NCBI RefSeq assembly: GCF_006345805.1
Contig: NC_043000.1
Coordinates: forward strand, 128,278,001-128,342,000
Source of the DNA: Octopus sinensis
Lineage: Eukaryota
Reading direction: 5' to 3'
DNA: 64,000 nucleotides
Position numbers and translations under genes: made by a program
Part shown: positions 63,048-64,000 of the stretch, in pieces
Layout: each line of letters starts with the position of its first letter
Numbering within the stretch: the stretch's first letter is position 1
Notes under the pieces: generated by a model
What the model was told of the DNA's origin: nothing
Seen by the model: only the letters and a program-made list of their open reading frames with translations
The model's database searches: none

Positions 63048-63106
63048 GAACACCACATACTAAATCTTGTCTTCACAGAGAAGAGTTCCAATAATATCAA
63101 TGTCAA
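63048..63106 (+). CDS. Candidate 59-nt exon (EHHILNLVFTEKSSNNINV), product unknown
   Basis: Strong acceptor ttttttcccttctcag|; only frame 0 is open; possible donor caa|gtaaaa. Confidence 0.25.
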
Positions 63107-63299
63107 GTAAAACAAAGTTACCTTTCTTGGTACTTGTGAATTTAATATGTAACTGTATATATATATAAATTTAGAAAGTAAGATGCATAACAAGATTTCA
63201 AATTTATGCAGTTCTGTGTATTTTCTATATAGGAAATATATGTATACATATCTAAATGCATATATATCCACACACAAGCATGTAAATAATGAACGTGAG

Positions 63300-63612
63300 T
63301 ATTTGTGGGTATGTGTGATTCTTTTGTATTGTTTAAAATGAATATACACTTGTATTTGTAAGAAATGTCTGTGTATGTATGTATATACAAATATTTATAC
63401 ACAAATATGTATATAAGTATGCATATATATATATATGTGTGTGTATGTATATACATGTACATATATACACACATACATATATATGTATATATGCATGTAT
63501 ATATGTGTGTGTGTGTGTGTATACACACACACACATAGAAAACATATATACAAATATATATGTGCGTGTGAATGAATATACAAAAGTATGTGAGTATGTG
63601 TGTGTGTATGCG

Positions 63613-63659
<47 letters not shown>

Positions 63660-63830
63660 ACACACATACACATACATATTTATATCTGTAAATATGCAGA
63701 GTGCGTGTTTTTGTATGCTTGTATGTGTATATACATGCAGTTATATCCTTATGTATACATATCCATATTTTTCTCATAATTTGTAGACCACACACACAGA
63801 CACACACACATGCATGCACACACACATATT
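63300..63830. repeat. Degenerate TA/TG microsatellite field
   Basis: Directly visible. Confidence 0.88.
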
Positions 63831-64000
63831 TGTTTTTATGCTTCATCTCTTGCTTTTCAATATAATATTCTTTACTTAACTCTTTCAAATTAATCTTATA
63901 CATCCACTACCATGTAATTTCATTCAATTTTATTCCAAAATACCTTCTTCATTTCTTTACATACCAAATATCATCTTTATTTCTTTTACTCTGTTACTTA

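Overview
AT-rich, microsatellite-dense animal genomic DNA. The abundant tRNA-derived SINE families look to me like those of Octopus; this is recognition from memory, not a database search. There are no prokaryotic features, no CRISPR array, and no host gene that I can name. Almost all ORFs in the supplied track are translated (TA)n/(CA)n/(TATG)n/(ATT)n repeats. The interpretable content is mobile DNA. It includes four tRNA-headed SINE families (my labels A-D), several with 12-23 bp target-site duplications (TSDs). There is a cluster of R4/Dong-like restriction-endonuclease (RLE) non-LTR retrotransposon fragments in (ATT)n arrays (19.5-23.7 kb) and an internally deleted RTE-type LINE (40.7-41.5 kb). 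DNA transposons include a nearly intact DD34E Tc1 element (33368-34995), rosa/maT-like, pogo-like, mariner and hAT remnants, a non-autonomous Helitron and a HINE-like element. Several long palindromes are present. The most striking is a 331-bp-arm foldback (26827-27565) that carries a type I hammerhead ribozyme motif with a palindromic stem III in each arm, as expected for a Penelope-like element. SINE copies right of ~53 kb have lost nearly all CpGs, while most copies to the left keep them. This suggests a methylated gene body at 53-64 kb, where I see only weak candidate exons. The window has one 100-N scaffold gap and a ~1.75 kb tandem duplication that may be an assembly artefact.
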